In this document: in pieces, positions 17,819-21,088 of the stretch | Layout of the letters: each line of letters opens with the position of its first letter | How positions within the stretch are numbered: position 1 is the first letter of the stretch | NCBI GenBank assembly: GCA_043822705.1 | Contig: JBDRBK010000007.1 | Span: 1 to 21,088 of the forward strand | From: Fidelibacterota bacterium | GTDB taxonomy: Bacteria; Fidelibacterota; Marinisomatia; Marinisomatales; TCS56 | Direction: 5' to 3' | DNA: 21,088 nucleotides | The notes under the pieces: model-generated | Seen by the model: the letters and a program-made list of their open reading frames with translations, nothing else | Told to the model about the DNA's origin: nothing | Database searches by the model: none | Made by a program: the position numbers and the translations under genes

Positions 17819-19193
17819 TCAATTTAAAGGTTACCGCGGAGCGGCTCTCGGTACGTTGCGTAATTTCAATACGGAAGTCTGGAGCGATGTGGAAATCACG
17901 ACCGGCAAAGGGCGTTTTACCGGAATCGTTTTGCCGCGTTCGGAGACCGCCGATGACCGGCATATCGTCTTAAAATTGCGGTCAGGTTATAATGTGGGGA
18001 TCGCAGCAGACACGATCACGGCGATTCGAGTCGATGGGCGTAGGGAAGCCAACTACAAGATACCGGAAAAAGCCTTCCCCTATGATCCGCGCAAGCCCAA
18101 CGTGAAACTGCTGGGCACCGGCGGTACGATTGCCAGCCGGCTGGATTACCGGACGGGGGCGGTGATTCCGGCCTTTACCCCCGGCGAGCTATACGGCTCC
18201 GTACCGGAGTTGGCGGATATCTGCAACCTGGATACGGAAAAGCTGTACGGTGTATTCAGCGAGAATATGGGACCGGAGCAGTGGATCGGCACGGCCCAGG
18301 CGGTGGGCCGGGAAATCGCCAATGGCGCCCAGGGGATCGTGATCGGCCACGGTACCGATACCATGCACCACACCGCCGCCTGTCTCTCGTTTATGGTGCA
18401 GAATTCGCCGGTGCCGATCGTGATGGTCGGCTCCCAGCGCTCCAGCGACCGGCCGTCCTCCGACGCCGCCCTGAATTTGATTCACAGTGTCAAGACCGCC
18501 GCCGAAAGCGATATTGCCGAGGTGCTGGTCTGCATGTTCGGGCCCACATCCGATGAATATGGTCTACTGCATCGCGGCACCCGCGTCCGGAAAATGCACT
18601 CCAGCTATCGTTCCACCTTTCGAACCATCGGTGATATTCCGGTGGCGATGGTGGATCGCAACAAAATCACACCGCTACGCAACGATTACCGCAAGCGCCG
18701 CAGCGACCGCGACGTGATTATCAATACGGCCTTTGAAGAGAAGGTCAGCATCGTTTATTACTATCCCAACATGAAGCCGGATATCATTGATTCCCTGATC
18801 GATAACGGCTACCGGGGAATAGTAATCGCCGGGACCGGACTGGGGCATGTCAACAAGCCGCTTTATCCGGCTTTGCAGCGCGCCCGGGAAAAGAATGTCG
18901 CCGTCTACATGACGGTCCAGACCCTGTGGGGCTATGTTCAGATGTATGTTTACGATACCGGCCGGGACATCATGGAATTGGGCGTGCACCCCTCGGCCAA
19001 CATGCTGCCCGAGGTAGCATACGTGAAACTGGGCTGGGCTTTGGGACAGACCAGCGACCTGGAGCAGGTGCGGGAAATAATGCTGACGCCGATCGTCAGC
19101 GAGATTACCGAACGGGAGCCCAGCAACGGTTATCTGATATTCCAGGGTGGCATCGCCGAAGTGGAGGAATTCATCTCCCGGATCAGGAAATAA
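17811..19193 (+). CDS. gatD: Glu-tRNA(Gln) amidotransferase subunit D (asparaginase-like, archaeal type)
   Basis: 460 aa. GatD-specific N-terminal domain (IVLKL.SGYNVG), GTGGTIASR.DY.TGAV, HGTDT, GSQRSSDRPSSD, RKMHSS.R, GTGLGH, MLPEVAYVKL.W.LG. Overlaps gatE by 8 nt. Confidence 0.95.
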   Translation: MADQFKGYRGAALGTLRNFNTEVWSDVEITTGKGRFTGIVLPRSETADDRHIVLKLRSGYNVGIAADTITAIRVDGRREANYKIPEKAFPYDPRKPNVKLLGTGGTIASRLDYRTGAVIPAFTPGELYGSVPELADICNLDTEKLYGVFSENMGPEQWIGTAQAVGREIANGAQGIVIGHGTDTMHHTAACLSFMVQNSPVPIVMVGSQRSSDRPSSDAALNLIHSVKTAAESDIAEVLVCMFGPTSDEYGLLHRGTRVRKMHSSYRSTFRTIGDIPVAMVDRNKITPLRNDYRKRRSDRDVIINTAFEEKVSIVYYYPNMKPDIIDSLIDNGYRGIVIAGTGLGHVNKPLYPALQRAREKNVAVYMTVQTLWGYVQMYVYDTGRDIMELGVHPSANMLPEVAYVKLGWALGQTSDLEQVREIMLTPIVSEITEREPSNGYLIFQGGIAEVEEFISRIRK

Positions 19194-19258
19194 CCCTGTT
19201 GATGTGATAATGGAGTACAAACCGAGTTCAAAAAACTGCAAATATTTTGCTTTTAATC

Positions 19259-19287
19259 TTGTCTGAAAAACCGCGACAATGTAGTTT
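19259..19287 (+). promoter_or_regulatory. Candidate sigma70 promoter
   Basis: TTGTCT (19259-19264), 17-bp spacer, TAGTTT (19282-19287), with an AT-rich upstream stretch. Confidence 0.45.
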
Positions 19288-19293
19288 CCATCT

Positions 19294-19396
19294 ACGACTC
19301 CAATGTAAGAATTACGGTGAGTAATTTCTCGACTGGAGGGGTTGGCAAGTGAATACCTATAAAAAGGCTCTGAGTTGGCGCTGGGAGCCTTTTTTT
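19294..19396 (+). ncRNA. Candidate orphan small RNA (~100 nt)
   Basis: Lies between the candidate promoter and a terminator. Contains the hairpin CTCCA..AGAATTAC-GGTGA-GTAATTTCT..TGGAG. No credible ORF. Confidence 0.35.
19361..19396 (+). terminator. Rho-independent terminator (possibly bidirectional)
   Basis: AAAAAGGCTC...GAGCCTTTTTTT stem with a 7-T tract and a 5' A tract. Confidence 0.8.
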
Positions 19397-19576
19397 ATTT
19401 CAGGACTCGACGGTAGTCGCAATAAGGATCTGCCGGGCGGCGAATCGACGGCGGACCAGCGCTGTTCCGGTTCGGTAATTGATCCGAGATTTATCCGGTA
19501 TCGAAAGTCGCTGAACGGCCGTTATCCGGGAACATTATAGTTACGGATTGTGTAAATTAGACCAGCTATTTGACAT

Positions 19577-19926
19577 GGGGGCGACCGGTTTCGACGGGAT
19601 AGAAAAGCTGTTAAACTGCAGGCGGAGGTCCAGGCATCTCCCAAATCACCTGGAAACACAATAAGTGCCGATTACGGCTACATGGCTGCCGCTTAACTGA
19701 CGGCGACCCGTCCTGTGCAGGATTTGTCTGTGGTCTTGCATAAGGGCGACACATACACGGGCTGGTTTGTTTAGCTGCTCATGCTAAACGAATGAGACAC
19801 TACTGAGCTGGTCCTGACAACTGGGGTCACCGGAAGTTGTCGGGATGAGAAATATCCGGAAGACTAAGCTTGTAGACGTTTTTCAGGGTTCTATTTCGGA
19901 CGGGAGTTCGACTCTCCCCGCCTCCA
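19577..19926 (+). ncRNA. ssrA: tmRNA (transfer-messenger RNA)
   Basis: 5' end GGGGGCGACCGGTTTCGAC; 3' end GACGGGAGTTCGACTCTCCCCGCCTCCA (T-arm, acceptor stem with G3-U Ala determinant). PK1-like pairings GGAG/CTCC and CCAGG/CCTGG. Tag ORF 19667-19696 follows ATAAGT and encodes ADYGYMAAA*. Confidence 0.96.
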
Positions 19927-19945
19927 CTGAAAGAATTGATTATAT

Positions 19946-20196
19946 ATGATTACGGTCTATGTGTTAACTGGTAAACCCAGAACAAAAGATACGTGGGTAT
20001 TACCAATAATCTTGCCCGCAGGATAAAAGAGCACCAGTCGGCAAAATCAACTGTGCAGAAAATACTCGGGGATTTTCATGTAGTGCTTACCGAAGAATAT
20101 TCCGATTATCGATCGGCCAGGGAACGAGAGAAATTCCTGAAAAGCGGGAAGGGTCGGGCGTGGTTGGATCGACATTTCGGTCGGGACGCGCCTTAG
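19946..20196 (+). pseudogene. GIY-YIG nuclease (UPF0213/YhbQ-like), frameshifted
   Basis: ATG 19946 gives MITVYVLTGK. The rest (TQNKRYVGITNNLARRIKEH...AREREKFLKSGKGR) is in another frame. One extra A in GGTAAACCC (~19975) would fuse the two parts. Confidence 0.75.
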
Positions 20197-20280
20197 GCGG
20201 AGTGTATCTGGCACGATTGTCGTGTGGTACCCGATCGCAGACAATAAAAATGATTCTTTTAAAGTAACCGGAAAAACCGG

Positions 20281-20898
20281 TTACTCCAGATCGGATTCAT
20301 CCTTCAGCCGGATGACGCTGGTATTTTCCGGGAATTTGCCGCAGATCCCGGAATAGAATTCCCGCAGGCGGTCCATGTCGGCCTTGACATTGCCGGTAGG
20401 CAGGAACGACAGTCCCAGACCGGCCACCTTACGTTTAAAATCCAGAAAGCCGCACAGCAGCGGCACCTGCGCTTTTAAGGCGATCCAGTAAAAACCGGAT
20501 TTCCAGTATTCCCGCCTGGCCCGCGTCCCGGAGGGCGGAACGACAACTACCAGTTTATCATGTCGCCGGAACTGCTCGACTAACTGCTCGACCAGCCCCT
20601 GCGGAGCGGAGCGATCCACGGCGATTCCTCCCAGGCCGCGCATGAACCGGCCAAATGGTTTTTTGAACAGGGAATCTTTGCCGAACCAGGATATTTTCAG
20701 GCGCAGGCTGAATGTGGCCGCTATCAGCAGCGGAAAATCCCAGTTGCTGGTATGGGGTGCGGCAATCAGAACAAATTTTTCGCCCGGTGGAATTCTGCCT
20801 TCAAGCTTCCAGCCGGCGATCCACAGACCGAAACGGCCGAGTAAATAGGGAATAAATCCGACTACAGGTCCGGAGTGGGCAACGGTTGTACTGCTCAT
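20281..20898 (-). CDS. Lysophospholipid / 1-acyl-sn-glycerol-3-phosphate acyltransferase (PlsC family)
   Basis: APHTSNWD (HX4D), GGIAVDR, P.GTR and WKSGFY.IA motifs. Confidence 0.9.
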   Translation of the reverse strand: MSSTTVAHSGPVVGFIPYLLGRFGLWIAGWKLEGRIPPGEKFVLIAAPHTSNWDFPLLIAATFSLRLKISWFGKDSLFKKPFGRFMRGLGGIAVDRSAPQGLVEQLVEQFRRHDKLVVVVPPSGTRARREYWKSGFYWIALKAQVPLLCGFLDFKRKVAGLGLSFLPTGNVKADMDRLREFYSGICGKFPENTSVIRLKDESDLE

Positions 20899-21088
20899 AC
20901 GCGCGCTTTTTTAATTATCTGCATTGACGGAATTTAGATCGCGCGACCCACCATTTTCGGCAATAATCGTATGTGCCGCCATAAAAAACGTGCCAATAAT
21001 GGTGAATTCGATGTACATTCGTTGGACCATAAAACTAAAATAGTCGAATAGTTCAATAGCTTAATCACTATGGATGAAAAAAAAGAAC

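Noticed and set aside
15890..19193. Annotation as ordinary gatB plus L-asparaginase
   Set aside because: The length, the GatE-specific insertion and motifs, and the GatD-specific N-terminal domain all indicate GatE and GatD.
19349..19540. 63-aa ORF upstream of tmRNA
   Set aside because: Runs through a strong intrinsic terminator and has no recognisable motif.
21070..21088. Possible plus-strand gene start at the right edge
   Set aside because: Only a few codons are visible and there is no clear RBS.
1..21088. CRISPR array, IS element, prophage or tRNA
   Set aside because: I saw no regularly spaced direct repeats, transposase, integrase, phage structural gene or tRNA cloverleaf.

Overview
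This window comes from a GC-rich diderm bacterium: it carries tmRNA and a TolC/MFP/RND pump. An FCB-like uncultured lineage is only a guess. In order it contains: (1) a minus-strand gldA/gldF/gldG-like ABC transporter operon running off the left edge; (2) a divergent operon of a membrane-anchored transglutaminase-like protein, an ABC ATPase and a large permease; (3) a ~2.2 kb accessory islet with a folded ~105-nt element, an AT-rich DUF5677/HEPN-like gene, a 63-aa ORF with a structured leader, a GTAG-REP-like palindrome, a 75-aa apparently circularly permuted HNH protein and an exported hypothetical protein; (4) a TetR-TolC-MFP-RND efflux operon preceded by a perfect TGTGA-N6-TCACA box and a TetR-type operator; (5) an intact gatE-gatD operon, the Glu-tRNA(Gln) amidotransferase regarded as archaea-specific, sitting in a bacterial context; (6) a candidate orphan sRNA, tmRNA (tag ADYGYMAAA), a frameshifted GIY-YIG gene and a PlsC-like acyltransferase. 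The bacterial gatED operon is the strongest finding. The permuted mini-HNH and the candidate sRNA come next.
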